A stretch of DNA of 64,000 bases from Octopus vulgaris. Taxonomy: Eukaryota. Shown here one piece after another: positions 1 to 13,364 of the stretch (positions within the stretch are counted from its first letter, which is position 1; each line of letters starts with the position of its first letter). The notes beneath the pieces were generated by a model. That model saw nothing but the letters and a program-made list of their open reading frames with translations, was not told the DNA's origin and did not search any database. The DNA lies in contig OX597820.1 in NCBI GenBank assembly GCA_951406725.2, positions 108,190,001 through 108,254,000 on the forward strand. The letters run 5' to 3'. The position numbers and the translations under genes were made by a program.

Positions 1-2547
1 TGTCATTGTAGTTACAGTCAATTATGTACTATTGTATAGTCGTGGTTGAAATTCCTTGGTGCACTTTTCTTTAGGAAAAACTAATGCAGTGGCAGTCCTG
101 TGGGTTGTAGAGAGTTGAGAAATTCAACTGGATAGTCAACAGTGGCATGTTCATCGATGGTAGTATCAAAGGAGACAAACGTTGAAGCATTTCCAGGTAG
201 AATGTGGAGGAGTTCATGGTTTACTTTATCAACACTTTCATTCTGAGGTGCTAAAATAGCTCTCTCTGCAAACCACGCTATGTTTTTGAAGTTGTCTTGT
301 AATGTGGGAAATACCTTTCCCTTAAGCTCAGCCAGTGTAGACACCAAGTGCCCACATTGCAATACATGCTGTTGCAGGGTGTTATTCAACGCTAAAGCAC
401 CATTTCCAATTAGTGTAAGTTGATGAAAGAATCCCTCAGTTGTAGAGATGAGCTCATATATTGTTGCTTGATGAAAGCTGACAAATAAACCTCCACAGAG
501 GTGAAAAAATCAGACACACATAGATGTTGACTGCTCGCGTACCCCATGGTATGACTGGTAATGTTCAACGGAAATCCCCTGTGAGGATAACAGTTAAGCC
601 CCTTCTCCATAACAGCAGCACTGTTTCTAATATCCCTAAGTGACCAATCTTGGTCTTCTACTGTGTCATCATGTATTCATCCCAGGCGATATGGGTAGTT
701 TAGAGCAGAAGTTCCGCCGTCGGTGATTGTTTTCAAATATTACGCATTTGGGCATTGCTGAAGTGAGTTTTCTTGACCGCAAATAGAAGTAGTTTTCTTT
801 GCAGCCCTTGTTTGTGGAGATAAATGAGAATGTCTTTGTTTTGGTGGTATGACTGAAAAGAGCAAACAATTAAGGAACATATAAGATGGAAGACATAGCA
901 ATTTGAAGTTGTGCATTGTATATTTTGATTTTTTAGTAACGAAAAGATGGGGTGAAAATGCATATATCAATTTGTATACCATTATTTTGAGAAGCGGTAA
1001 ACTGAATGATTTGGCTATGCTCTGTCTTGATAAGCGTAATGAATTCTGTTAGCTGATATAGAGTGGAGTGGATCACTGGTGTAATGGATGTTATTATTTG
1101 TCCAGAAGTGAAGTGAGGAGGGGTGCAATTTGCATGCAAGTGATTTATGTTCTTAAGAAGGATCACAAACTATGTACTGTTTCATGGAATAAAATGGGGT
1201 TAATACGATTTTGGCCAGAAATCTTGTTTTCAGAATTATAATTTCCCCACTCCTCACCAAAATTTCCTAATTTTAAACTGTTTTTCGAATTTTGTTTTTT
1301 TATGCACATGGAAAAGTACAGAGGTGTAGGAAATATAATTTGCTTTCGAAACTTTAAATTTTCTGAAAGAAATACTGAATGCCCCTTCCCTCACCCCAGC
1401 CACTCATCGGCTACTCACTTTTGGGCAAAATGCAAATCTCCTGTATGGGTAACATATAGGAATGTGAGTAAATTAAGGAAAGAAATAAGTTGATGGTGAG
1501 TACGCAAATGTCATCTCAGACAAGCTAGAAACAACAGGTAAAGGACATGGTTTCTGAGATAACTTCCTTGTAAGTTTAAATGAAAGATCAGGTTTTGAAA
1601 TACGCTCCTCACAAACAAGAATGACAGAATAGGAAAAGATAATTTCCATAGGATTTGAGGTGTAATTTAGCACACACCAAAAAATAACATAATTCATACA
1701 GAACTTTGACTCTGTGTGTGTGTGTGCGCACCAAAGGAAGTTATTTTTACATACCTTTCTTAATTCCAAAAGAAGGAAATGTAGTGAAGTTGTAATATGT
1801 CAACAGCAGAATGTCTCCGTACATTATAATGAGAAATTGAAAGAGAAAGATAATGCCTAATTCTACACATGCGTGAAACATGGGACAAAAGTGAAAATGA
1901 CCTTAAAATTGTATGACATGACCTTGTTTCTGGGGTTCTCGGCGTCCCCTTCTCTTCCGCTTTCCTCTTTGTGCCGCTTTCTTTCACCTTCACCTATAGA
2001 ACATACAGTATCAATTTTGTGCTGGCTTTCTTTCACTTTCAACTATAGAACATCCAGAGGGTATGAAACATCAGCATCTGTCTTTCACTCGCTATCCATC
2101 TTTCAACTTCTCCTATAGAAGCTTGTTTTCTGTCTCTTTCTTTCTCTTGTCTCTTTGTCTTTTCCTCATTCTGTGTTTCACTTGTTCATTCGGTAAAAAT
2201 AAGATGTATGTACGTGTATAAGAAATGGACGTGTGTGTATGTGTGCGAGAGAGAGTGAAGGTGTGTGTTGTAATGATGGATATCTTTTAAGGTACACACC
2301 CATATAGAAAATGTGATCTCATCGTTGTCATATAAAATGCTTACGATAGTTGAGTTACGGAAAAAGGTTACAATTAAAAATTTTTGTAAATAGAAATATG
2401 TCATTGAAAATAAAGCTGAGCTGGTAGTGGAAATAGTACTGAATTTTTTGATACCCCATATGTCAAAATTGGCAGCTTGCTTTTGGAGTGCATAAGGAAC
2501 ATACGTACACATACACACACATGTAAACTCTCTTTTATAGTTATAGA
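1..2547 (-). mobile_element. Degenerate, internally deleted Helitron; 5' end near 2547, continues past the window start
   Basis: ORF 81-389 (ERAILAPQNESVDKVN...YPVEFLNSLQPTGLPLH) and the adjacent broken frame (ILTGDFR*TLPVIPWGTRA) match Helitron Pif1 helicase motifs. The minus strand at 2548-2530 reads A|TCTATAACTATAAAAGAG, a typical Helitron 5' TC start after a host A. Confidence 0.8.
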
Positions 2548-3467
2548 TATATTGGACTATTTAGTTCTTAGTTTAAACTTCGCTTCAGTATCACTGTGTT
2601 AACATTCAAATCTCCTACAGACCACATCCTACTGTCTAAAATAGAAATGACACTTTAGACAGTATTGCCCCTGATATACAAAACTGGTCAGATGGTAATG
2701 ATTGGAGCAGTTTTCACTCTAGATTTACTTGTTCAAGCTTGACCTAGGGCTAAAGAACAACAGTAACAATTATTGATGTGGGAAATACTACCAATCTACT
2801 ATGGTAAGTGTTTTCCATAAATTTTACTGCACCACCACAAAAAAAAAACAAAGAAAAAAAAACCAAGGGTCCCTTATCAGCTTATTCCAGCATTGGAAAA
2901 GTATGTGTAGAGTACTTTAAAAGAAAAATAATGGAAATATTACAGCTGTCATTAGTATGTGTTGTAAACTTTCCAAGAAAATGAGAGACAATTACATTTT
3001 CTATTATTTCTAGAATTTTATGTTAACCTAACACCACCAAAGTACTCTTTTCCCCATTTTAACAAATCTTAGTTATTCACTTTACAATAAACTTGCTTAG
3101 TTATCCCTCCCTTGTCCTCACCCCACTGACAATTGTATCATCTTTATTGCTCCTGCTGCATTCCCCACCACACTTCACTTTTCTGCATCCCTTTATCTCC
3201 CCCAACTTGTGGCTCCTTGTTCATCCACTCTTAAGTCTGCCTGCACATCCCATCATTCTCCTTCCCATACAGTCTTGCAAACTGATTCAACTCACCTTGT
3301 GCCTTATGGAACCGTCTATCTCTTACATATCCTACTGTCATTTTCTCTTTTTTTTCCCCCCTACTAGATTTGAATAGTCATGCAGATCTTTTACAAGAAT
3401 CTGCACTGACACTCCCACCTCTTATAGTTCAGGCCTCTCATCCCTTAATATGAAGCTGTATCTATAT

Positions 3468-3778
3468 AGGCACACGAATGGCTGTATGGTATGCAGTTTG
3501 CTTCCCAATCACATGGTTCTAGGTTCAGTTCCACTGACTTCTACTACAGCCCCAGGTTAGCCATAGCGGTGTGAGTGCATTTGGTAGGTCAAAACTGAAA
3601 GATGTCTGTTGTGTGTGTGTGTGTGTGTGACCACTGCTGGACAACTGATGTTGGTTTGTTTATGTCGTTATAACTTAAAGTTCTATGAAAAATAAGTACT
3701 GGGGTTGATTTGTTTGACTAAACCCTTCCAGCAGATGTCCCAGCATGGCCACAGTCCAATCCCTGAAACTAGTAAAAG
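3468..3778 (+). mobile_element. tRNA-derived SINE, diverged copy
   Basis: Matches the copy at 55055-55420: tRNA-like head, internal (GT)n, 3' CCCAGCATGGCCACAGTC...CTGAAACTAGTAAAAG. Confidence 0.75.
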
Positions 3779-4361
3779 CTGAAGGACCTTTTTACATAAA
3801 TATGTTTGTACATTTAGTATCTTTTTTTACTTGTTACAGTCATTATGCTGCTTGGTGGGTTTAGGCAAACAAATCAACCCTATCTCAATCATTGGCTTGC
3901 TGTCATGCTGGGGACCACTTTGCAGGGTTTAGGCAAACAAATTGACCCCCTGGTGCTAATCTTTTAAGCCCGGTACATATACAATTGGTCTCTTTTTAGC
4001 TGAACTGCTAAATTGTCAAGGTGTTGGGGAAGCAAACTCCTTAACTAAGTAGCTCTCATTTGCTATAGTCACAAATCTACTCAGATTTGTAACTATAACA
4101 GATTGGTATTATCTTCTTTAATTAGTATCGCTACCAATGATTTGCTTATAACAACTTATTAGACATCAGCTGTTATGTGCAGGAGTGTTGATTGCATCGA
4201 TATGAGTATGTAATGCAAATGAATAATAACTAAGTGAAAGAAAATGCTATATGTTTCTAGTGGAAAATAATTGCAAAAGAGGACTAGGAAAAATATGTGG
4301 TTATACTCCAGATTCTGTCTCATTTTTCTGTTTATAATGTTAAACCTTTATATATTTACAG

Positions 4362-4439
4362 TCAGCAGATTTTACAAATAAATTAGAAACTGCCAAAAAA
4401 GAGGGAGAGCAAAACTTAAAAACATTGAATGAGGCAAAA
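4362..4439 (+). CDS. TPR: Nucleoprotein TPR, internal exon (SADFTNKLETAKKEGEQNLKTLNEAK)
   Basis: tttacag|TCA...AAA|gtaagc, 78 nt, phase 0-0, coiled-coil composition; joins in frame to the next exon. Confidence 0.8.
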
Positions 4440-5457
4440 GTAAGCTTTCTTTTGTTATTTTCATAAAAATTCTTTTGTATAATTTCCATGTGTTGATAGT
4501 TTTCTTGATATTTGTTTTTCAACCCTTTTGTTACTATATTTCTAACCGAAATATACCCTTATATGTTTCACACAATATTAATGTGATTTTTGGAACACCA
4601 TTTATTAAAAAGAAGTCAAAGTGGGGAAAAAATCTCCAAAAGTACACAGCTCTTTAATATTGTGTACAGTAATGGTGGACAGTGTAACTCAATTGCTTAC
4701 AATAGTGACACCACAAGTTTTCACAAATGTACTAACAAGATCTGTGCTGAAATTTTAGTTTGGTAATATTAACCAAAATTTGGTAGGTGGGTTGGAACGA
4801 AAGGTTAAGTGTATAAATTAACAAAGTTGCATTTGGCAAAAAAGGTGAACAAAACAGTAAAGAAAAGAACAAGCAAGTAAATCTAAATAAATATTAATAC
4901 TATGGTGGGATTCATAAACATGAATGTTAACATTAAGTAACTTTGTTTCTCTTTCTCTCCCTCTGCTAGTGGGAATATGGATACAAGACCACACATGGAA
5001 ACAATATCACAAAGAGGAATACTGCAACTATCTGTTTGAACAATCATTAGTTTATTTCCTGTTTATAGTAATATAAATTGGTGAAACGTTCAATTTAGTT
5101 AGTGTTGATAGTTCAACAATATAAGCAACAGAAGAACTATGCTTGCTAGCATCTGTTTTTTGATAGAATCTTTTCTGGAAAATAACCTAACAAAAAGCAG
5201 ACTTAGTCTGTATGCTATACAAAGTCGCTGTATCATAACAATTCAATAGAGTACTCAAACAAAATAAAATGACCTAATCAATAATAGTAGTAATACATTA
5301 AATATATTGTGTGTAAGTTTAGCTCTCTCTCTTTCAGCATGTATTCAGAAAAACAAAATTATATTACTAGACTTGTAACCTCTGTGAATATGCCATAGTT
5401 AACTAACCAAACAGTGGAACATCTGATGCATAAAGTTTTTGGAAATTTTTCAATATA

Positions 5458-5755
5458 GCCACAGGTGTGGCCATGTGGAAATGGGTTCAATCCCACTATG
5501 TAGCACCTTCTACAAGTATCTTCCACTATAGCCTCAGACCGACCAAAGTCTTGTGAGTGGATTTGGTAGACGGAAACTGAAAGAATCCAATCATCGTGTG
5601 TCTTTGTGTCCCCACCACTGCCACTTGTCAACCAGTATTGGTGTGTTTGCATCCCTGTACCTTAGTTGTCCAACAAAAGTGACTAATAGAATAAAAAAAA
5701 TTTCGAGCCGGTGTCCCAGCATAGCTCACAGTCTGATGACTGAAACAAGTTAGAA
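5458..5755 (+). mobile_element. SINE, diverged copy with internal deletions
   Basis: Shares GACCAAAGTCTTGTGAGTGGATTTGGTAGACGGAAACTGAAAGAA and the 3' TGACTGAAACAAGT with the other copies. Confidence 0.75.
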
Positions 5756-5924
5756 ATAGGTTCATCATTTATCTGATATAACATCTAAATCAATAAAATC
5801 AAACAAGCATATCATCAGTGGTGGTATGGGCTTTATAATTTTTAAACAAAGTTCATGTTCTACTCTGTTAGCATTAGTGGAAATGATCATAATAGCTTTT
5901 TGGGTTTTTTTCCCCCCATTCAAG

Positions 5925-6145
5925 GCATCATGGGCTGAACAAGAAAGAATATTGAAGAGTGAAATGAACCAAATTGAAGGACGTTGCAATGATCTTGTTC
6001 ACCAAAATAATATTTTACATGAACAACTTGCACAGTTATCTGTGCAAGTAGCTCATATTCAAAAGTCAGCTGAGGCTTCCAGTGTCCTTAATACTTCTCT
6101 GGAGGAGAAAGAAAAGTCGTCTGAACAACTCCTTGAGGTCATCAG
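5925..6145 (+). CDS. TPR: TPR internal exon (ASWAEQERILKSEMNQIEGRCNDLVHQNNILHEQL...EKSSEQLLEVIR)
   Basis: caag|GCA...AG|gtttgt, 221 nt. Closely resembles the vertebrate TPR segment I recall as ASWEERERMLK...RCEDLEKQNRLLHDQI...KSQEQILEILR. Confidence 0.93.
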
Positions 6146-6483
6146 GTTTGTGATAATTATTCTACAATTTTTGTTTTTATTCTACTCATTTATGCGTTTT
6201 CAAAATTCTTCTCTACAATTCTCCTCTCATTTACCCAAGATGCTGTGCAGTGGGGCTGAACTTGAAATTCTGTGGTTGGGAAGTGAACTTTTCAAACACA
6301 TAGTTATTAGTGGTAACTCAATTTATATATTGTCTAATGGTAATGTGGATTTATATAACACAGTGGAAACCTAAATTTGTATGTTACATTCACTGATAAG
6401 CAATTTTATACATTATATTTATAGTAATTTAAATTTATATTTCACAGTTTGTAAGAACTTGATTTTATACAATCAAAGTTTAG

Positions 6484-8515
6484 TCATCATCGTTTAATGT
6501 CCGCTTTCCATGCTAGCACTGGTTGGACAATATGACTGAGGGCTGGCGAACCAGATGGCTGCGCCAGGCTCCAATCTTGATCTGGCAGAGTTTCTACAGC
6601 TGGATGCCCTTCCTAACGCCAACCACTCCGAGAATGGCGTGGGTGCCTTTACATGCCTCCGGCACAGGGACCAGTCAGGCGGTACTGGTAACGACCTCGC
6701 TTGAATGTTTTTTCAAGTGCCAGTAAGGCAACACTGGTAACGATCATGCTCAGATGGTGCCTTTTACATGCCACCAGCACGGAAGCCAGTTAGCCGGTCT
6801 GGCAACGATCACGCTCGGATGGTGCTCTTAGCACCCTACTAACACTGAGCACAAGTGCCAATAAGGCGACACTGGTAACGATCACACTTGAATGGTGCCT
6901 TTTATGTGCCACTGGCACGGAAGCTGGGTAGCCACTCTGTCAACGACCACGCTCGTACGGTGCTCCCTGCTAGCACGCATGCCAGTCATCGAATTTGATT
7001 TCGATTTCACTTGCCTCAACAGGTCTTCGCAAGGAGAGTTTAGTGTCCAATGAAGGAAAGGGTACGCATAAGTGGGCTGGTTACGTCCCTGGCACAGGCC
7101 TCGAGGTTATGGTTTCATTTGGCTTGCCGGGTCTTCTCAAGCGCAGCATATTTCCAAAACTCTCAGTCACTAGTCATTTCCTCAGTGAGGCCTAAAGTTC
7201 GAAGGTCATGCTTCACCACCTCATCCCAGGTCTTCCTGAGTCTACCTCTTCCACAGGTTTCCTCAACAGCTAGGGTGTGGCACTTTTTCACACAGCTGTC
7301 CTCATCCATTCTCGCCACATGACCATACCAGTGCAGTCATCTCTCTTGCACACCACATCTGATGCTTCTTAGGTCCAACTTTTCTCTCAAGGTACTTACA
7401 CTCTGTCAAGTATGCACGCTTACAATACACATCCATCGGATCATACTGGCTTCATTCCTTGCAAGCTTACGCATGTCCTCAGCAGTCACAGCCCATGTTT
7501 CACTGCCATGTAGCATGGCTGTTCATACACACGTGTAATATAGTTTACCTTTTACTCTGAGTGAGAGGCCCTTTGTCACCAGCAGAGGTAAGAGCACCTC
7601 TTATGTGTCCATAGCTTACACTGAGTACATCTTATAGAGTTTCTACTTACGCCTCTACTACAGATCGAGCAGGACTTTCTACCTGAAGGGATTTGTGGTT
7701 TGCCTGCCTTCCTACTTATTAGGACTTTGGTTTTAGCTACATTGACTCTAAGGCCCTTTGATTCTAATCCTTGTTTCCACACCCGAAACTTCTCGAGTTC
7801 TGATAGTGACTCAGCGATTAGAGCAAGGTCGTCAGCATAGAGGAGCTCCCTGGGGCATCCTGTCTTGAATTCCTCGGTTGTTGCCTGGAGGACTATGATA
7901 AATAGGAGGGGGCTGAGGACTGAATTTTGGTGGATCCCTACCTCCACCCGGAATTCTTCAGTGTATTCTTTGCCAACTCTCACCTTACTGACAGCTTGCA
8001 CAGCTCTTACTAACCATTCATCTGTCCCTAGTTTCCTCATTGACCACCAGATGAGGGGTCGGGGTACCCTGTCAAAGGCTTTTTCCATGCCAACAAAAGC
8101 CAGGTACAGAGGTTTATATTAGGCTAGATATTTCTCCTGCAGCTGTCTTACCAGAAATATAGCATCAGTGGTGCTTTTCCCTGCATCTCATCTAAACTGA
8201 CTCTCTCTCTATTTAGTTGGGCTATGACCCTCTCTGTGACCTTCATTACCTGATCTAACAACTTGATACCACTGTAATTATTTGTACCTAAAGCGTCACC
8301 TTTTCCTTTATAGCAGTTGACTATAGTGCTGCTACACCAGTCATTGGGTATGACTCCTTCGTGTATCTCCTGGTTAACTATACGAGTGACTAGGCTATTG
8401 CAACTTGGTTTTAAAACAATTCTAGTTTTGAGCATCTCTGCAGTGATTCCAGATGGGCCGGGGGCTTTCCCTGTTTTTATTCTCTTAATTGCTTTATATA
8501 CCAAGGTACTGTCAA
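6484..8515 (-). mobile_element. RTE-clade LINE, 5'-truncated and degenerate
   Basis: RT fragments in ORFs 8148-8504 and 7576-8088 (EKAFDRVPR, LSPLLF, YADD). 3' end GCGGACATTAAACGATGATGA on the minus strand. Confidence 0.92.
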
Positions 8516-8615
8516 TCTTATTTATTGTTAATCCAATTTTATATATTGAAGTTGGTGGATAATCCTGTTTTATGTAATCTGAGCATAGTAAAGTCTACTT
8601 CTATTATTTTCCCAG

Positions 8616-8763
8616 ATTTTTGCGGAAGGAAAAAGAAATTTCTGTTGCTCGTGTCGAAGTTGCTGAGGCTGAAGTGTTGCGTATGAAGCAGCGTCTTGAA
8701 AGTCTCCAGAAACAGTATGAAGAGACCTGTAAGAATCTTTCTGAAGAAAGGGAACATTCACAG
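8616..8763 (+). CDS. TPR: TPR internal exon (FLRKEKEISVARVEVAEAEVLRMKQRLESLQKQYEETCKNLSEEREHSQ)
   Basis: cccag|A TTT...CAG|gtaaca, 148 nt, phase 2-0. Resembles TPR [26 protein letters not shown]. Confidence 0.93.
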
Positions 8764-9400
8764 GTAACAATACAGTCAGGTCTTCAGTCCTTCTAACACA
8801 TGCACACACACATAAACGTCTTTCCTTTCTCTGTTATTCTCAAAAAATTTAGTCACTCTCTTGGAATATTGACATTTTAGCTATCACAACAATGCACATC
8901 CTCTATTGGTTGTGATGGCAAAGCACAAGTTATTCTTCGAAACTAGGGTTAAAACTTATGCTTTTATATTCATTGGAGATTGCTAGCACTGTTATTAGAT
9001 GACAGATGGACCTTACCTGATCTTTGTAGAGTTTCTATAACTGTTGGATGTTGAAGTATCTTCGGGTTCTGAAGAGAAGGGCCAGCCATGTGGAAGCAGT
9101 CTTAGCAATATTATGAATGTGCTTTTACCAGGAGAGGTGGTTGCGGATAGTGATACTCAACAATTGGAGTGATTTTGGGAGCTTTAGCTAAGTGATACTC
9201 ATGAATAAGTGGAGTGTGACTTAATAATATTTTCTTGGTATTCAATCATGTTTGTGTTTTCTTGCTGTTGAAAAATAGACAAGCTTGGAATACCTCCATT
9301 GCAGGATGCTTTCAGGGTTCATGTTTCACAACTAGAATTGTTTCAAACCAAGTTGCAATAGTGACTTGGTTATTATATGGAACACTCAAGTAGTTTCTTT

Positions 9401-10994
9401 ATCATCATCATCATCGTCATTTAATGTCTGATCCAATCTGATCTGCCAAGGTTTCTACAGCTGAGTGCCAGGTGGCACTGGCATCGACCATGCTCGATTG
9501 GTACTTTTAACATGCCAGTGGAACAGGCACTAATCAGATGGTACTGGCATCGGCCATAACAATGACTTCATTTGACTCAACAAATCTTTGCAAGCACAGT
9601 TTATTGCCCAATGTTTGAAAGGTACTCTTAAATGGGCTGGTTATGCTGCACTGGCATAAGCCATGGTTACAGTCTCACTTGGCTTGCTGGGTTTTCTCAA
9701 GAACAGCATATCTCGAATGGTCTCAGTCACTTGTCATCACCACTGTGAGGTCCAGCCTTTGAAGGTCATGCTTCACCACCTCATCCCAGGTCTTCCCGGG
9801 TCTACCTCTTCCACAGGTTCCCTCTACTACTAGGGTGTGACACTTCACACAGCTGTCCTCATCCATATGCAACACATAACCATACCAGCGCAGTCGTCTC
9901 TCTTGCAGCCACATCTGATGCTTCTTATGTTCAAATTTTCTCTCAGATCGCTCACTCTGTTTAATGTCAGTGTATGCACACTGACTATACACATCAACGA
10001 AGCATACTAGCTTCATTTCTTGCAAGCTTACATATGTCCTCAGCTGTCACGGCCCATTTTTCACTGCCATGTAACATGGCTGTTCACACACGTAAGTCAT
10101 ACAGTCTACCTTTTACTATGAGTGACAGGCCCTTTGTCACCAGCAGAGGTAGAAGCTCTCTGAACTTTTCCCAGGCTATTCGTATTGTAGCAGCTACACT
10201 CTCAGAGCATCCACCCCTGCTACTGACTTGGTCACCTAGGTAACGGAAGCTATCAACTATTCTAGTTTTTCCACCTGGCTTGTGATGGAAACTGTTTTCT
10301 GCACATTTTCAGTGTCTATTGCCCCTCAGCATTTGCCACACACAAAAACTATCTTCCCAGTTAGCCTTCCTCTGATATTTTCTACAGATTGAGCAGGGCC
10401 ATCTTCTATCTGAAAGGATTTGTGATTTGTCTGCCTTCTCACTTATTAAGACTGGTTTTTGCTAGATTGACTCTAAGGCCCTTTGATTCTAGACCTTGTT
10501 TCCACATCTGAAACTTTTCCTCTAGTTCTGATAGTGACTCAGCTATTAGAGCAAGGTCATCATCATAGAGAAGTTCCCAGGGGCATCCTGTCTTGAATTC
10601 CTCTGTTGTTGCCTGGAGTACTATGATGAATAAGAGGGGGTTGAGGACTGATCCTTGGTAGTCCCCTACCTATAATTTTTCACTATGCTCATTGCCAACC
10701 CTCATCTTACTGACAGCCTCCCAGTACATGGCTTGTACAGCTCTCACTAACCATTCATCTATCTGTAGTTTCCCCATTGACCACCAGATAAGGGATTGAG
10801 GGACCCTGTCAAAGGCTTTCTCCATGTCAACAAAAGCCAGGTACAGAGGTTTATCTTTGGCTAGGTATTTCTCTTGCAGCTGTCTTACCAGAAATATAGT
10901 ATCAGTGTTGCTTTTCTCTGGTACAAACCCAAACTGTATCGCGTCTAAACTGACCCTCTCTGTGACTTTCCTTACTTGATCCAACAACTTGATA
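9401..10994 (-). mobile_element. RTE-clade LINE, 5'-truncated and degenerate
   Basis: ORF 10670-10987 (QFGFVPEKSNTDTIF...DMEKAFDRVP), ORF 9723-10025 (RRLRWYGYV...GRGRPGKTW) and a (GAT)n tail at 9401. Confidence 0.92.
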
Positions 10995-11616
10995 TGAATA
11001 TTTAAAAATGGCAGAGTCCAGTGCTTCCTGTGTGCATAGCCTGCTTGAAAGGAGTTAAAATTATGCTAATTATATGAAGTAAATTAAATTTTTATGGATT
11101 CTAATGGTTCTCTAAGAGACTCACAAACTGAAGACAATTAAAATGATCTGATATCAATGTTGGGACTTTGAGTAATGAAGGTGAAACCAGCAGTGTCAAA
11201 GATCTTGGAGCTAGATTTCATTGCTTGTATAGCATAGCTGTGGACAAGGTATACCACTTATCCTGAAGTCTATATCTGGAGATAACAATTCTGTGTGCGA
11301 TGTGGATTCTATAGTTGGTGACAACTGGCAAATATTGCTATGAAGAGGACGAGAAACCCCAAATTGATTGTGGTGAACATTGGTTAAGCCAGCATAGATT
11401 TTTTTTGTTGGCACTTAGGTAGTTGAGTATTTTCATTGGGATTTTCTTCTTTTCTTTTTTTCAGTCATCTTTGGATGGTAGAGAGAAGTATTTCATACAT
11501 CATTTGAAACTCTTCGTTCTGCCCCTTTACTATTTTAATATTTTCCTTTTTACTTTAGGATAAATGTTTTGGGAATTTAAAAGATTCTGTTTGTTTCTGT
11601 GTCTTAACATTTTTAG

Positions 11617-11754
11617 GTCAATGTACACTCAGCCGCACAACATGCCGATCTAATGCGTAAAGTAGAGAATTTGAATGTGTTTACTGAAAGTAATGCAATG
11701 CTGAGACAAGAGAAAGAAAGACTGGAACAGCAGGTGAAAGAATTAACTTTTAAG
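11617..11754 (+). CDS. TPR: TPR internal exon (VNVHSAAQHADLMRKVENLNVFTESNAMLRQEKERLEQQVKELTFK)
   Basis: ttttag|GTC...AAG|gttagt, 138 nt, phase 0-0. Resembles TPR [32 protein letters not shown]. Confidence 0.93.
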
Positions 11755-12014
11755 GTTAGTACTGGTTTTGCTATTGCATCAACTTTTATATTAGTACTAA
11801 GTATTTGCATGGGTGGATCATTACTGTGTAATGGAACCTTGCCATAATGGGTTATCACTCTAATAGGTCGTCACTGTAATGGGTCCTCACGTGTAATGTC
11901 AAAACACTGCAAACCACATGTCATTGGAGTAGAAATTGTTGTTTAGCCCCAGATTACCTGAATAAGCAGATGTTGTCTTCTATTAATGTGCATGCACAAC
12001 AAAGTGCAAATGTA

Positions 12015-13298
12015 TTGAGAAAAGTTAGACATAAGAGGAATCAGATGTAACATGCATAAGAGAAGACTGATAGTTTAGCAATGTGATACGTATGGATAAG
12101 GACAACTGTATACAGATGTGCTAATTGCTTTAAGTATATGAAACTTATGGAAAAGGGAGATTCAGGAAGACATGGGATGAAGTAATGAAAGCTGATCTCA
12201 AGATGTTGAATCTCATGTAGCACATAACAAAGGACAGAGATGATTAACAATTCACTGTGTTCAAGAAGACCTGTCCATCAGTGAAAGCAATGTCCTAAAA
12301 GCATTATGCTTAAGCCTGTATATGCTGGATCTTGCACCCAATCTGTGCATGTCAAGCAATGCCCCACATATCATCATCCTAATTCGCACCCCTCCATCAT
12401 TCTTCTATAAGTTGCTCCTACCTGCTATCATTCTCAACATAATCTCATATCTGCCATCAGTGCTGTTTCTTCACCTTTGTATCCTCCCGTCACCCACCAC
12501 ACATTATAGACACTTTCATGTAACTCTAGCCTCTATCTTTGTCAATGTTCACCTCCCTACAGATTTATGATATTACTGCTCTCATTGCCTCCTCCCTTCA
12601 TACTAATATTTACCATTCAAACACACATCACTTACTACTTCTCTAACCATCTGTCACTCTACTCTTATACTCATGAAATTACCTTATAGGGGTAATTTCA
12701 TGAGTATAAATAGGGGTGACAATCCTAGGCACAGCTGTTTGATTAACAAGTTTGACTTCCAACCACAGAATTTCAGGTTCAGTTTTATTGTATGGTACCT
12801 TGGGAAAGTGTCTTCTATTTGAGCATCTGACCAACGGAAGCCCTGTAGGTATATTTGTGTGCGTGTGCGCAGACGTGTATCTGTATATATGTATATATTT
12901 CTCTATACGTTCGGGTGGCTTCCATGCTGGTGGCACGTAAAAAGTACCATGCGAGTGTGATCATTACCAGCGTTGCCTTACTGGCACTTCTGCTTGTGGC
13001 ACATGAAAAAACATTTGAACGAGGTCATTGCCAGTGCCGCTAGACTGGCTTCTGTGCAGGTGGCACATGAAAATCACCATTTGAGTGTGGCTGTTGCCAG
13101 TACTGCCTGACTGGCCCTCATGCTGGTGGCAGGTAAAAGCACCCACTACACTCTCGGAGTGCTTGATGTTAGGAAGGGTATCCAGCTGTAGAAACTCTAC
13201 CAGATCAGATTCAAACCTGGTGCAGCCATCTGATTTGCCAGTCCTCATTCAGATCGTCCAAACCATGTTAGCATGGAAAGCAGACGTTAAACGATGAT
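12015..13298 (+). mobile_element. Cluster: old RTE C-terminal fragment, SINE head and RTE 3' UTR
   Basis: 12015-12270 is similar to the RTE ORF end; 12728-12850 is a SINE head; 12920-13298 ends GCATGGAAAGCAGACGTTAAACGATGATGA. Confidence 0.7.
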
Positions 13299-13364
13299 GA
13301 TATAAACACACACACACATATATATGTGTGTGTGTGTATATGTATGTGTACATGTCTATATACA

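Noticed and set aside
5826-6374. 182-aa ORF as a standalone gene
   Set aside because: Only 5925-6145 is TPR-like and bounded by AG/GT; the rest is intron read-through.
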